This document shows positions 19,430 to 29,949 of a stretch of 64,000 nucleotides of DNA, piece after piece; the first letter of the stretch is position 1; every line of letters begins with the position of its first letter. Origin of the DNA: an uncultured Rikenellaceae bacterium (GTDB taxonomy: Bacteria > Bacteroidota > Bacteroidia > Bacteroidales > Rikenellaceae). The position numbers and the translations under genes were made by a program. The notes under the pieces are model-generated. The model saw nothing but the letters and a program-made list of their open reading frames with translations. It was not told where the DNA came from and did no database searches. The DNA lies in the NCBI GenBank assembly GCA_944326945.1, contig CALVFY010000008.1:9994-73993 (forward strand), read 5' to 3'.

Positions 19430-20166
19430 CAGGTGTATTCCCCACTTCGCGAGTGGTATGTCTGCCCACGACACGCTCCACCAACGACGAAGCACGTCGG
19501 CCGGAGTACGTTCACGGCGACATTGTCCTGGCCGAAGAACAAACTGCCGGACGAGGTCAACGAGGCAACTCCTGGGAAAGTACCCCGGGTTGCAACCTGA
19601 CCTTCTCGCTGATTCTGGAACCCACTTTTCTCCCCGCCGAAAATCAATTCTACCTCTCGGAGGCGGCTTGTCTGACTCTGGTGGATACCTTGTCCAAACA
19701 CGGTATCGAAGCCCGAATCAAATGGCCTAACGATATCTATATCGACAATCGTAAGGTATCCGGCATGCTGATCGAAAACGACCTGTGTGGAATGACCCTT
19801 CAACGCAGCATCGTGGGTATCGGACTCAACGTCAACCAGGAATCATTCAGTCCCACTCTGCCTAATCCCGTCTCCCTGAGTCAGGTTACAGGCAAAAAAC
19901 TGGATCGCAAGGAATTGTTGAACGACTTCTGTGCGATGATGTACAAACGTTACCGCATGCTCGAAGAAGGCGATGTCTCCACACTGGAACAGGATTACTA
20001 TGCCCACCTCTATCGGCTGAACATCCCTGCAGAATACGTCACTCCCCAGGGAACACGTTTCCGTGGGATCATCCGTCGGGTAAAACCGACCGGAGATCTG
20101 ATCGTAGAACACGAAGACGGCTCCCTGAAAAGTTATCTGTTCAAAGAGATAGAATTCGTCATCTGA
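19396..20166 (+). CDS. birA: Biotin-[acetyl-CoA-carboxylase] ligase (class I, no HTH domain)
   Basis: 256-aa ORF with the motifs AEEQTAGRGQRGNSWES and KWPNDIYIDNRKVSGMLIE. Confidence 0.8.
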   Translation: MLFEPLSERELTGVFPTSRVVCLPTTRSTNDEARRPEYVHGDIVLAEEQTAGRGQRGNSWESTPGCNLTFSLILEPTFLPAENQFYLSEAACLTLVDTLSKHGIEARIKWPNDIYIDNRKVSGMLIENDLCGMTLQRSIVGIGLNVNQESFSPTLPNPVSLSQVTGKKLDRKELLNDFCAMMYKRYRMLEEGDVSTLEQDYYAHLYRLNIPAEYVTPQGTRFRGIIRRVKPTGDLIVEHEDGSLKSYLFKEIEFVI

Positions 20167-20214
20167 TAGCCTCCATTCGAGGATCGTTGCCAGACAATAC
20201 TCACACCAAGATTC

Positions 20215-20679
20215 CTATTTTTTCAGAGCCGCCCCATATGCAGCCACCGGAATCTTCTCGATCCGTCGTTGATGACGTCCTCCGTCGAAAGGAGTATGGA
20301 GAAAAATATCTACGATCTGAGCGGCCCCGGCATTGTCGATGAAACGGGCCGGCAGCGAACAGACATTCGCATCGTTGTGGCGGCGAGCCAATTCTGCAAT
20401 TTCGGGCATCCAGCACAAAGCCGCCCGAATTCCCTGATGTTTGTTAAGTGTCATGGAGATACCGTTTCCCGACCCACAAAGCGAAATTCCGCAAGGGACC
20501 TCCCCTTTTTCAATGGCCTCCGCCAAGGGATGGGCATAATCGGGATAATCGCAGCTCTGTTCGCTGTCACAACCAAAATCGTAGACCTCGTAACCGATAC
20601 TGTCGAGATACCCCACTAAAAACTCTTTCATCTGATAACCTGCATGATCGGAGGCTATACCAATCTTCTTACTCTCCAT
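20215..20679 (-). CDS. rpiB: Ribose-5-phosphate isomerase B
   Basis: The ORF extends to 20751. The likely start is ATG 20679 (MESKKIGIASDHAGYQMKE). The motifs GISLCGSGNGISMTLNKHQGIRAAL are typical of RpiB/LacAB. Confidence 0.85.
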   Translation of the reverse strand: MESKKIGIASDHAGYQMKEFLVGYLDSIGYEVYDFGCDSEQSCDYPDYAHPLAEAIEKGEVPCGISLCGSGNGISMTLNKHQGIRAALCWMPEIAELARRHNDANVCSLPARFIDNAGAAQIVDIFLHTPFDGGRHQRRIEKIPVAAYGAALKK

Positions 20680-20780
20680 AAGACCGATTTTTTTTGATTG
20701 TTCAAAGGTAAAAAAAATTTGCAGATGCAACAATCTTGCCGTATTTTGCATCTCCTAATCAAGAAACCTGTATTCCGATT

Positions 20781-21314
20781 GTGACCGAGCAAGAGATCAT
20801 CGAAGGATGTCGCAAAGGAAATACATCGGCACGTCGAGAACTCTACGAGAGGTACGGCGGAACGATGTATGGAGTTTGTCGTCGTTATGTCAATGATCCG
20901 GCTACGGCGGAAGACCTGCTCCACGACGGATTCATCACCCTCTACACCAAGATTGGAGAGTTTCGGGGCGAGGGATCGTTCGAAGGATGGTGCCGACGAA
21001 TCTTCGTCAATACGGCATTGGAGTATCTTCGCAAACGCAATCCACTGTCGGAATCGGAGCAGATCGAGACGATGTACTCCTTAAGCGATCGACAGGTTTC
21101 GGCCGTAGAAAAAATGTCGGCCGACGAACTGCTCGCCTGCATCGGAGAGTTGCCAGAAGGCTATCGCACGATCCTCAATCTCTACGCCGTAGAGGGATAT
21201 TCCCACAAAGAGGTGGCCGAAATGATGGGAATCAGCGAAAATACCTCCCGTTCGCAATACTCTCGTGCACGAGTCAAACTGATGGAGATCATGAAAAACA
21301 AGAATTTAATATGA
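20781..21314 (+). CDS. ECF-subfamily RNA polymerase sigma-70 factor
   Basis: The ORF opens at 20736. The GTG at 20781 (VTEQEIIEGCRKGNTSARRELYERYGGTMYGVCRRY) fits the usual ECF N-terminus and removes the overlap with the rpiB upstream region. Region 2 (DLLHDGFI) and region 4 (LPEGYRTILNLYAVEGYSHKEVAEMMGISENTSRSQYSRAR) are present. Confidence 0.8.
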   Translation: MTEQEIIEGCRKGNTSARRELYERYGGTMYGVCRRYVNDPATAEDLLHDGFITLYTKIGEFRGEGSFEGWCRRIFVNTALEYLRKRNPLSESEQIETMYSLSDRQVSAVEKMSADELLACIGELPEGYRTILNLYAVEGYSHKEVAEMMGISENTSRSQYSRARVKLMEIMKNKNLI

Positions 21315-21320
21315 CAGGTC

Positions 21321-22697
21321 ATGGAAAGGGATCGTTTGGACAATCTGCTCCGGCAGAAACTGAAGGATAATCGGATGACGCCGCCTCCCGACCTCTGGTC
21401 GAAAATCGAGGCAGACCTGGAAAGCCATACTCTTACGGAATCGGATTGGGAATCCGATTCTCAAACACCTTCCCTGACCCCCAGCAGGAAGATCGCACTA
21501 TGGCGTTATGCAGCCGCAGCCTGTCTGGCTCTGGCATTAGTCGCCAACTTCTATCTGCGCAAACAGGAGCCACCCCTCACGGCCCAACGCATCGAAACCG
21601 TCTCGAACGATTCACTCAACGGAAATTCTCTCCAAAAGACAACCACTCCGGAATCTTCAGCATCTTCCCTGGAATCAGAAATTCAGGTCCAATCGTCCCG
21701 GAACGTCTCTCGGACACCTGAAACGAAAAGACAAAACACTCGGATCATCGCTGCACTCACTCCCTCGTTTTTGCCCGCGCCAACCTCGGCTTCTCCCGTA
21801 GAAAAAAATCCGTACGAAATAAATACCCAAGAAGAATCCGCAGTCACAACCGTCCAGAAGATTGTCGCTCAGGAGAGATCAAATTTTTCCGAGGAGCAGA
21901 CACCCCCCTCGTCACAAACCGTTCAGCCAACCGACGATACTCCGACAACTGCCCAAGAGCCGGAATGGTATCGTGACGTACAAAAGGAGGATGTCTCTTC
22001 TCAACGACGCAAAACAGTGCGAAACATCTCCGCCACGCTCTATGCAGACAACCTGACAGGGGGCGACCGTAGCAGTTTCAATATCGGCACACCTCAGCCC
22101 CGATCGAACGGGATGATGATGGAAAGCGTGACACAACCCTCTCCGGACAACACGCTCACCTACAGACAAGAGCCACAAAAAAGCACCTATCGTCATCGGA
22201 CTCCGGTCACTTTCGGAGCCAATGTCAGTTTCCGGCTTTCGAAACGTTTCGCACTCGAAACCGGTCTGCTCTACACCCACCTCCATTCGGAAACAGAAAC
22301 CCAGGGCGCCTTCGATTACCACATCGAACAAGATCTGGATTATTTGGGGATTCCTCTCTCGGCCACCTATACATTGATCGCAAGTCGCTATTTCGACCTC
22401 TATCTGAGAGCCGGTGCTACGGCAGAAGCCCTCGTGTCGGGCCGCCAGGAGGGACAGATCAGTAGAAATCCCGGGATATCGAGTCGTACGGAAACCTCCG
22501 GAGTGGAGGCCAAAGGGCTCCAAACCTCGATAGGCGCCGCAGCCGGAGCCATGTTCAACATCAGCCGCACAGTAGGCCTCTACCTCGAACCGGGTATCAG
22601 TCACTACTTCGAAAACCATGAACAACCGGCCAGCTACCGCACCGAACACCCCACTAATTTCAACTTGCGGGCCGGTATCCGAATCTCTTTCCGATAA
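21321..22697 (+). CDS. Membrane protein paired with the ECF sigma factor: anti-sigma-like N-terminus, one TM segment, low-complexity linker, C-terminal beta-barrel-like domain
   Basis: 458-aa ORF 6 nt after the sigma gene. The N-terminus is LDNLLRQKLKD...PDLWSKIEADL and the TM segment is WRYAAAACLALALVANFYL. A S/T/P/Q-rich stretch follows. The C-terminal ~200 aa has an alternating strand pattern ending in NLRAGIRISFR. Confidence 0.5.
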   Translation: MERDRLDNLLRQKLKDNRMTPPPDLWSKIEADLESHTLTESDWESDSQTPSLTPSRKIALWRYAAAACLALALVANFYLRKQEPPLTAQRIETVSNDSLNGNSLQKTTTPESSASSLESEIQVQSSRNVSRTPETKRQNTRIIAALTPSFLPAPTSASPVEKNPYEINTQEESAVTTVQKIVAQERSNFSEEQTPPSSQTVQPTDDTPTTAQEPEWYRDVQKEDVSSQRRKTVRNISATLYADNLTGGDRSSFNIGTPQPRSNGMMMESVTQPSPDNTLTYRQEPQKSTYRHRTPVTFGANVSFRLSKRFALETGLLYTHLHSETETQGAFDYHIEQDLDYLGIPLSATYTLIASRYFDLYLRAGATAEALVSGRQEGQISRNPGISSRTETSGVEAKGLQTSIGAAAGAMFNISRTVGLYLEPGISHYFENHEQPASYRTEHPTNFNLRAGIRISFR

Positions 22698-22763
22698 AAA
22701 ATTCCGAAAATTCTTGCTATCTTGCTGCGGTTTCTCTGAAAGGGAACCGCAGTTTGTATTTCT

Positions 22764-23579
22764 ATGGAAAAATTCATCATGGCGGACGGCTGTGCCACAC
22801 GCGTCCGGGACAATCAGGGAGAAGAACCCGCTATCGTATTGCTACACGGCTATTTGGAGTCGATCGAAGTATGGGAAGATTTCATTCCCTTGCTGACACC
22901 TCCTTTTCGAGTGGTCGCCGTCGACCTGCCGGGACACGGGATTTCCGAGACTAAAGGGACAATCCACACCATGGAATTCGAAGCCGACGTCGTACAGGGA
23001 ATCCTGCAACAACTCGGCATCACCCATTGCTGTCTGGTGGGACACTCCATGGGAGGATACGTAGCCTTGGAATTCCTGCGTAAATATCCGGAAATGGTTT
23101 CGGGTATCGTCCTGCTGCACTCCACGCCCAACCCCGATTCCGAAACCAAACGCGAACAACGTCAGCGGGAAATCGAACTGGTAGAGGCCGGGAAAAAAGA
23201 TCTGCTGGCCCGCATGACACCCGACAAAGGTTTTGCCGCGGAGAATCGAATCCGTCTGGCAGGGAAAATCGAGGAGCTCGCCGACCAAATCATCCTCACC
23301 GAAGACGAAGGAATCGAAGCTCTTCTACGAGGGATGTGCGAACGTCCCGACTCGAACGAGATGTTACGCAACAGCTCCGTTCCTCAACTGTTCATTCTGG
23401 GGCGCGGCGACGAATACATCACGGCTCCGGTGGCCGAAAAGATGATCGCCGACCACCCTCAAGCCCGGGTGGCCTGGCTGGAACACTCCGGTCACATGAG
23501 TTTTATGGAAGAACCGGAAAAGTGTGCGGAAATCATCCGGACATTCGTTCGGGAGAGATGCCAAATCGCTGAAAAATAA
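22764..23579 (+). CDS. Alpha/beta-fold hydrolase
   Basis: 271-aa ORF with IVLLHGY, the nucleophile elbow LVGHSMGG, and a C-terminal SGHM catalytic His region. Confidence 0.7.
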   Translation: MEKFIMADGCATRVRDNQGEEPAIVLLHGYLESIEVWEDFIPLLTPPFRVVAVDLPGHGISETKGTIHTMEFEADVVQGILQQLGITHCCLVGHSMGGYVALEFLRKYPEMVSGIVLLHSTPNPDSETKREQRQREIELVEAGKKDLLARMTPDKGFAAENRIRLAGKIEELADQIILTEDEGIEALLRGMCERPDSNEMLRNSSVPQLFILGRGDEYITAPVAEKMIADHPQARVAWLEHSGHMSFMEEPEKCAEIIRTFVRERCQIAEK

Positions 23580-23652
23580 CGCTCTTCACACCTCAAAGGG
23601 AGCCGTCACAAATTCAGAGAGCAAACAGCCCGGAGACAAGTTGCCCCTACAC

Positions 23653-23683
23653 AAAAAAGTACGGGCGACCCGCAAGTCGCCCG
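23653..23683 (-). terminator. Rho-independent terminator after the NigD-like gene
   Basis: CGGGCGAC-ccgcaa-GTCGCCCG. On the minus strand the stem is followed by TACTTTTTTG. Confidence 0.65.
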
Positions 23684-23707
23684 CACCCACCTTAATCCAA
23701 TATGTTG

Positions 23708-24472
23708 CTATTCCACAGATGTGGCAATTTCATCGAGTCGCAAAGCGGACTCAGGAGCTGTAACCGCAGTATTCAATTTGAATGTACCGGTATCGGAATG
23801 TGTCTTTCCGTCATATCCTTCCCACGTAAGGCGGACAGGGAGTTCTGTCTTTCCTTCCGGCACCAGCGGAACCAGATCGAATGACACATAACCGAACCCA
23901 CGGTGAGCCTGCGGATCGTTATAGGCATTGTGACGCAGCGTCAAAAAGACTGAGTCGCCACTGATACGGGCATCATCCTGTACCAGATTGATGAAATGAG
24001 TGGCTCCTCCATGCAGGATTTCAAAAGTAATATTGAGGAATCCTCCTCCGAACCAAGCCTCTGCCACATCAATCGGATCGTGTCCGATACTGTCTTCCCG
24101 CACTTCGGAATTCTCATCAATAAAACTCTGTTTCACAACATCCTTTGAAAGAACATCATAAAGCATATTCAGCCGCACGTAATAATCCTTCGTACCATCC
24201 ATACGAGGCGAATCGCCCAGAATAGTATAGTTGGCAATCACCCGTTGACCGTCTTTGACAGGCCATCCGGGAATCAGATTGGCCGAAATCAACAGACGCG
24301 AACCATTGTCCAACCGGATCGAATAATCGCGGACATAATCATCGCCGCTACCTTCGATCACGCCGTAGCTGACCCAAAATTTATCGAGACTATACCCGTC
24401 GTCGTCGTTACAAGCGCTGAATCCCGTCGCGAGCAAGCCCAAAATCAATGTAACTTTCAGAAAACGTTTCAT
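23708..24472 (-). CDS. NigD-like lipoprotein
   Basis: 254-aa ORF with the lipoprotein signal MKRFLKVTLILGLLATGFSAC followed by NDDD. The N-terminal OB-like pattern YGVIEG...GQRVIANYTILG...YYVRLNMLYDVL resembles NigD-family proteins. Confidence 0.55.
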   Translation of the reverse strand: MKRFLKVTLILGLLATGFSACNDDDGYSLDKFWVSYGVIEGSGDDYVRDYSIRLDNGSRLLISANLIPGWPVKDGQRVIANYTILGDSPRMDGTKDYYVRLNMLYDVLSKDVVKQSFIDENSEVREDSIGHDPIDVAEAWFGGGFLNITFEILHGGATHFINLVQDDARISGDSVFLTLRHNAYNDPQAHRGFGYVSFDLVPLVPEGKTELPVRLTWEGYDGKTHSDTGTFKLNTAVTAPESALRLDEIATSVE

Positions 24473-24615
24473 AGTTGCTTTTTATTAAATCCATTCATTT
24501 TTTATCACGTTCAGAAAGAAGATGCACGTCGATATAAAAACGTTGCATGAAGGACAAAAAGTATTTGCAAGATATTTGTTAGCAGAGTCACTCAAGAATA
24601 TTATGAAAAATTTCG

Positions 24616-24623
24616 TACATTTG
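24616..24623 (+). promoter_or_regulatory. Candidate -7 promoter box (TACATTTG) upstream of rsfS
   Basis: Matches TAnnTTTG, 33 nt upstream of the rsfS ATG. Confidence 0.35.
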
Positions 24624-24655
24624 CGAACTTAATAGTTATTGTACTGATTTTATTT

Positions 24656-25009
24656 ATGAACGAACTGATCGCTACCATCGTCGGAGCCATCCAGGATAAG
24701 AAAGGGAAAAATATCGTATCGCTCGATTTATCGGGTTTCGACGGTGCCATCACCTCCGCTTTTGTAATCTGTAACGCCGATTCCACCACCCAGGTGGCTG
24801 CCATTGCCGCAGGCATCGAAGAAAAAGTAATGGAAACACTCGGCCAAAAAGTATGGCGCGTAGAAGGACTGAACAACAGTCTTTGGGTGGCCATGGATTA
24901 CGGCGACGTGATGGTCCACATTTTTCAAACCGAATTGCGGGACTTCTACAAATTGGAAGAGTTGTGGGCCGATGCTCCGGCCACCTCCTACAAAGACGAC
25001 CAAGAGTAA
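24656..25009 (+). CDS. rsfS: Ribosome silencing factor RsfS (iojap family)
   Basis: 117-aa ORF containing KKGKNIVSLDLSG...AFVICNADSTTQVAAIA...WVAMDYGDVMVHIFQTELRDFYKLEELW. Confidence 0.85.
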   Translation: MNELIATIVGAIQDKKGKNIVSLDLSGFDGAITSAFVICNADSTTQVAAIAAGIEEKVMETLGQKVWRVEGLNNSLWVAMDYGDVMVHIFQTELRDFYKLEELWADAPATSYKDDQE

Positions 25010-25087
25010 AGTCCTTCCAAAAGAGAGACAACATAATCGGTCAATCTACGTTTACCGATTAAAACATATTTAATCAACAGATAGCGA

Positions 25088-27247
25088 ATGGCTACACAAC
25101 CGAATAACATACCAAGGCCGGGAGGCATCAAAAAACCGAAATTCAATATTTTCTGGGGCTACGGATTGATCGCGATCATCCTGATCGTATGGTCGCTGAT
25201 GGGTACTGGGGCAGCTCCCGTCACCTCCAGTTGGAATGTAGTGAAAGAGATGCTCCAACAAGGAGAGATCCAGAAAATCGTGGTCATCAACAAAGAGACC
25301 GCCGAAGTATATCTTACTCCTGCCGCCATAGAAAAATACGCCAAGGAGAAAGAGTATCGCATGATTCCCCGTAATGGCGCCCAACTGACCTTCGACCTCG
25401 GTTCGCTGGACTATTTCCAGACCGATTTCGAGAACACGATCGCCCAGGAGAAACAAGACGTCCCTCTATTGTTCGAAACAAGACGTAATCTATGGGCAGA
25501 CATGCTCACCACGATCCTTCCCTTTGCACTGATTATCGGAGTGTGGATCCTGATCATGCGCAGCATGTCGCGCAACGGAGGCGGAGCCAACGGGGGAATT
25601 TTCAACGTGGGTAAGGCCAAGGCCCAGGTATTCGACAAGGACAGTATGGTCAAAACCACCTTTAAGGATGTGGCCGGACTGGAAGAGGCCAAGGTGGAGA
25701 TCATGGAGATCGTCGATTTTCTGAAAAATCCTCAAAAGTATCGCGACTTGGGAGGTAAAATCCCCAAAGGCGCCCTGCTGGTGGGACCTCCGGGAACAGG
25801 TAAAACCCTGTTGGCCAAAGCCGTGGCAGGAGAGGCCAACGTTCCGTTCTTCTCGATCAGCGGATCGGATTTCGTGGAAATGTTTGTGGGTGTGGGAGCT
25901 TCCCGCGTACGCGATCTGTTCCGCCAGGCCAAGGAAAAGGCCCCCTGCATCGTATTCATCGACGAGATCGACGCCATCGGTCGTGCCCGGGGTAAAAATG
26001 CCGGATTTTCATCGAACGACGAACGGGAGAACACCCTGAACCAGTTGCTGACCGAGATGGACGGCTTCGGAACCAATGCCGGAGTTATCGTGCTGGCCGC
26101 CACCAACCGGGTGGACATTTTGGACAAGGCACTGTTGCGAGCCGGACGTTTTGACCGTCAGATCGAAGTGGGACTGCCCGATGTAAAGGAGCGTGAGGAG
26201 ATCTTCAACGTGCACTTGAGGGGGCTGAAACTGGTGAAGGATCTGGACCGTTCGTTCCTGGCCAAACAAACCCCCGGTTTCTCGGGAGCGGATATCGCCA
26301 ATGTCTGCAATGAAGCGGCCCTGATCGCGGCCCGAGGCAACAAGAAGGCCGTGGACAAGGAGGATTTCCTGGCCGCTATCGACCGCATCGTGGGAGGTTT
26401 GGAGAAGAGAAACAAAATCATCACCAAGGAAGAAAAACGAACCATTGCCTACCACGAAGCAGGTCATGCTACGGTCAGTTGGATTCTGGAAAATGCCAAT
26501 CCGCTGATCAAGGTAACGATCATTCCGCGCGGCAAGGCATTGGGGGCAGCCTGGTATCTGCCCGAAGAGCGTCAGATCACCACCCGCGAACAGTTAATGG
26601 ACGAGATGGCCTCGATTCTGGGCGGACGCGCCTCGGAAGAGATGAACTTCGGAACAATCTCAACCGGAGCCCTCAACGATTTGGAACGTGCCACAAAACA
26701 GGCCTACGCCATGGTCGCTTACTTCGGAATGAGCGACAAGGTAGGCAACATGAGCTATTATGACTCGACGGGACAAAGCGACATGGCCCTGACCAAACCA
26801 TACAGCGAAAAAACAGCCCAAGAGATCGACCAAGAGGCCCGGGCCGTGATCGACGAAGCCTACAAGATGGCTCAAGAAGTTCTGAAGACCCACCGGGAAG
26901 GATTGACAAAACTGGCAGAACTGCTGCTTGAGAAAGAGGTGATTTTTACCGAGGATCTGGTTAAGATTTTCGGCAAACGCAAAAAAGATATTCAACGAGA
27001 AGCAGAAGAGGCTGCAGCAAAGGCCCTGGAAGAGAAACAAACGGCTCAAGACAACGAGCAAAATCCTCAACCTGCTGCAGAGGCAACACCCGAAACCGCA
27101 GGAGACGCAGAATCGACTTCGAAAAGTGATCCCACCGAATCGAATCGGGAACCTTCGTCCCAACAGAAGGTTACGCCTCCACCCATTCCGGGGAAACCTA
27201 CTGTAAAAGAGAACGAACTTTTCTCCGATGAATCCAACGGTCAATAA
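25088..27247 (+). CDS. ftsH: ATP-dependent zinc metalloprotease FtsH
   Basis: 719-aa ORF with two N-terminal TM segments, Walker A GPPGTGKT, Walker [12 protein letters not shown], and the zinc motif HEAGHA. It carries an acidic/Pro-rich C-terminal tail. Confidence 0.95.
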   Translation: MATQPNNIPRPGGIKKPKFNIFWGYGLIAIILIVWSLMGTGAAPVTSSWNVVKEMLQQGEIQKIVVINKETAEVYLTPAAIEKYAKEKEYRMIPRNGAQLTFDLGSLDYFQTDFENTIAQEKQDVPLLFETRRNLWADMLTTILPFALIIGVWILIMRSMSRNGGGANGGIFNVGKAKAQVFDKDSMVKTTFKDVAGLEEAKVEIMEIVDFLKNPQKYRDLGGKIPKGALLVGPPGTGKTLLAKAVAGEANVPFFSISGSDFVEMFVGVGASRVRDLFRQAKEKAPCIVFIDEIDAIGRARGKNAGFSSNDERENTLNQLLTEMDGFGTNAGVIVLAATNRVDILDKALLRAGRFDRQIEVGLPDVKEREEIFNVHLRGLKLVKDLDRSFLAKQTPGFSGADIANVCNEAALIAARGNKKAVDKEDFLAAIDRIVGGLEKRNKIITKEEKRTIAYHEAGHATVSWILENANPLIKVTIIPRGKALGAAWYLPEERQITTREQLMDEMASILGGRASEEMNFGTISTGALNDLERATKQAYAMVAYFGMSDKVGNMSYYDSTGQSDMALTKPYSEKTAQEIDQEARAVIDEAYKMAQEVLKTHREGLTKLAELLLEKEVIFTEDLVKIFGKRKKDIQREAEEAAAKALEEKQTAQDNEQNPQPAAEATPETAGDAESTSKSDPTESNREPSSQQKVTPPPIPGKPTVKENELFSDESNGQ

Positions 27248-28061
27248 TATTCTGATCCGAACCTTAAGTGGTATCGTGCTGCTGGGAGTGGTGCTGGGAA
27301 CGGTACTCTTTTCGATAGGAAGTTTCGGAGTACTGCTGTCCATCATCGGAGGAGGATCGTTATGGGAGTTCTATCGGATCGCTGAAAAAACCGGATTGGC
27401 CCCGCAACGAATACTGGGAATGACAATAGGCATTGCACTGATTGCAATCAGTGTGATGGTTGCCGCGAAAACAATCCCGGGAGTTGCACTATTACCGTTT
27501 TTCTTGTTAATGGCCATTGTGTGCATCGCAGAACTCTACCGTAAAAAGAAAAACCCGTTAGGCAATATAGCCGCCACGTGGGGAGGAATTCTATACGCAG
27601 CCGTACCGCTTGCCCTTCTGCCGTTTATCGGGATTCAAGATAATGAAGGAATTGTAATCTATCGGCCGTGGGTCATTCTCAGCTATATTTTCATCGTCTG
27701 GAGCAACGATATCGGAGCCTTTCTCACAGGAAGCGCATGGGGACGTCATCGACTTTTCGAACGAATCTCTCCCAAAAAATCGTGGGAAGGATTCGTGGGG
27801 GGAGTCGTAATTGCCATCGGCGTAGGTCTGTTGGCAGGATGGCTGCAAGAGAGTTCCCTGCTACGATGGGGCGGATTAGGTGCTGTCGTGGCCGTAAGCG
27901 GTGTGTGGGGCGATCTGGTGGAATCAATGTTCAAACGTTCGGTCGGCATCAAAGACTCCGGACGTATGATGCCCGGTCACGGAGGATTTTTAGACAGATT
28001 CGATGCCATGCTGCTCTCCGCACCCTTTGTTTTCGTATATTTTATTATCTTTACCCTATAA
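27228..28061 (+). CDS. cdsA: Phosphatidate cytidylyltransferase
   Basis: 277-aa polytopic ORF with the CDS signature SMFKRSVGIKDSGRMMPGHGGFLDRFD. It overlaps the ftsH stop by 20 nt. Confidence 0.85.
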   Translation: MNPTVNNILIRTLSGIVLLGVVLGTVLFSIGSFGVLLSIIGGGSLWEFYRIAEKTGLAPQRILGMTIGIALIAISVMVAAKTIPGVALLPFFLLMAIVCIAELYRKKKNPLGNIAATWGGILYAAVPLALLPFIGIQDNEGIVIYRPWVILSYIFIVWSNDIGAFLTGSAWGRHRLFERISPKKSWEGFVGGVVIAIGVGLLAGWLQESSLLRWGGLGAVVAVSGVWGDLVESMFKRSVGIKDSGRMMPGHGGFLDRFDAMLLSAPFVFVYFIIFTL

Positions 28062-28085
28062 TCGGAATTTTATTTCTGCCGAATC

Positions 28086-28739
28086 ATGAAAATAAACAAA
28101 GAGGGATATACAATCATCGCAGTCACCGCCTGTATTGCTGCAGCCTTATCCCTGCTCTTCATACTACTACTTCCCCTCTGGCTGGGCGCTGTTCTCAGTG
28201 CCGCCATGTTACTGATGATCGTTTTTGTGGCGACTTTCTTCCGGGAGCCGAATCGAGCCATCATCCGCGAAAAAGATGTGGTCTTCGCTCCGGCAGACGG
28301 AACCGTGGTGGTAATCGAACAAGTGGCAGAAAACGAATTTCTCCACGAAGACCGGGTACAGGTATCGGTTTTCATGTCCCTGTCGAACGTCCATATCAAC
28401 TGGTTTCCGGTGGGTGGGAAGATCATCTATTTCAGACATCACCATGGACGATTCATGGTGGCTTGGCACCCCAAATCGTCCGAAGACAATGAACGAACCT
28501 CGACCGTGATCGACACCGGGCGCCACACCATTCTTTTCCGCCAGATCGCCGGACTTATCGCCCGAAGAATCGTTTCCTATGCACAGGAGGGTAAAACCGT
28601 GAAACAAAATGAAAAATGCGGATTCATCAAATTCGGCTCGAGAGTGGACGTCATGTTGCCGATCGGATCTAAAATTCTGGTTTCGGTCGGGGATAAAGTA
28701 ACCGGGTCCCAAACTCCGATTGCGAGATTGCCTCAATAG
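28086..28739 (+). CDS. psd: Phosphatidylserine decarboxylase family proenzyme
   Basis: 217-aa ORF with an N-terminal TM region and the self-cleavage region GFIKFGSRVD. It follows cdsA, as is common in Bacteroidota. Confidence 0.85.
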   Translation: MKINKEGYTIIAVTACIAAALSLLFILLLPLWLGAVLSAAMLLMIVFVATFFREPNRAIIREKDVVFAPADGTVVVIEQVAENEFLHEDRVQVSVFMSLSNVHINWFPVGGKIIYFRHHHGRFMVAWHPKSSEDNERTSTVIDTGRHTILFRQIAGLIARRIVSYAQEGKTVKQNEKCGFIKFGSRVDVMLPIGSKILVSVGDKVTGSQTPIARLPQ

Positions 28740-28772
28740 TCCACCCATAAACGAGAACTCAAAGAAAGTATC

Positions 28773-29867
28773 ATGACAAAATTGTCGAAATACATCATCG
28801 GAATTGCCGCCACGGCTATCATACTGTTTCTGGTATGGTATTTCAGCAATATTGTCACCTACATCCTGATCTCCGCAGTCCTGGCAATCATCGGAAAGCC
28901 ATTGGTATCGCTACTCTCCCGTCTGGAAATCCGAGGCCGACATATTCCCAAATGGTTAGCTGCACTGGTAACACTAATCCTCATTTGGGCCATTATGATC
29001 ACCTTTTTCAGACTCTTTATCCCATTGGTGTTGGACAAACTGAACGAATTCTCATCATTGGATACCCGACAGATCGTCGATTCGTTCCGGGAACCGCTCG
29101 CCTCGTTACAAAACCGTATCGAACAACTTTTCGGAGAACAAGCCAGAAATTTTTCACTCACCGAAGCACTCACCCGTCAGATTGCGCCCTATTTCAACAT
29201 CAATGTCATTAACAATATCCTCGCTTCGATTGTCTCCATTATCGGGAATACGGTTGTGGCACTCTTCTCCATTTCGTTCATCACCTTTTTCTTCCTGAAA
29301 GAAGACCATCTCTTTTTCGATATGGTGGTGGCAGTATTCCCCAAAAAATATGAAGAAAACATTACTCGGGCACTCAACTCGATCACCGTATTATTGATCC
29401 GCTATTTCACCGGAATCGTCTCCGAATCAATCATCATGATGTTGGCCATCTCCGGAGCACTCATGCTCTTCGGCTTACCGGCCGGCACGGCTTTCTTCAT
29501 CGGACTACTCATGGGTATTCTGAACGTCGTCCCCTATATCGGTCCGCTGATTGGCGGAGGTTTGAGCCTACTGATCGGCGTCATCAGTCCCGTACCGGGA
29601 ATCTCCCATACAAGTATGTTGCTGATTATTGGAGGGACGATCCTCGTATGCAAAGGATTCGATGACTTCGTGCTGCAACCCACGCTCTATTCCAACCGAG
29701 TAAAGGCTCACCCGCTCGAAATCTTCATCGTCATCCTGATCGCAGGCAGTGTGGCGGGTGTACTGGGCATGCTATTGGCCATTCCCGCCTACAACGTGAT
29801 CCGCGTATTCGCCAAAGAGTTTTTCAACAACTTCCGGCTGGTTCAGAAATTGACAGAGAAAATCTGA
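28773..29867 (+). CDS. AI-2E family (PerM/UPF0118) transporter
   Basis: 364-aa polytopic ORF with the NVVPYIGPLIGG motif characteristic of the family. Confidence 0.8.
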   Translation: MTKLSKYIIGIAATAIILFLVWYFSNIVTYILISAVLAIIGKPLVSLLSRLEIRGRHIPKWLAALVTLILIWAIMITFFRLFIPLVLDKLNEFSSLDTRQIVDSFREPLASLQNRIEQLFGEQARNFSLTEALTRQIAPYFNINVINNILASIVSIIGNTVVALFSISFITFFFLKEDHLFFDMVVAVFPKKYEENITRALNSITVLLIRYFTGIVSESIIMMLAISGALMLFGLPAGTAFFIGLLMGILNVVPYIGPLIGGGLSLLIGVISPVPGISHTSMLLIIGGTILVCKGFDDFVLQPTLYSNRVKAHPLEIFIVILIAGSVAGVLGMLLAIPAYNVIRVFAKEFFNNFRLVQKLTEKI

Positions 29868-29949
29868 CGGTCAAATTTCGGTACAATTTCTAATACAGAA
29901 GGATTTCAAAGAGAGGCCGTCTCCCCCCGGCCGAGTTTCCTCTCTCCGA

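Noticed and set aside
27668-28492. A 274-aa same-strand alternative-frame ORF spanning the cdsA 3' half, the intergenic gap and the psd 5' half.
   Set aside because: It crosses two well-supported genes and an intergenic region. Its Arg/Gly/Ser-rich translation has no motifs, so it is a frame artefact.
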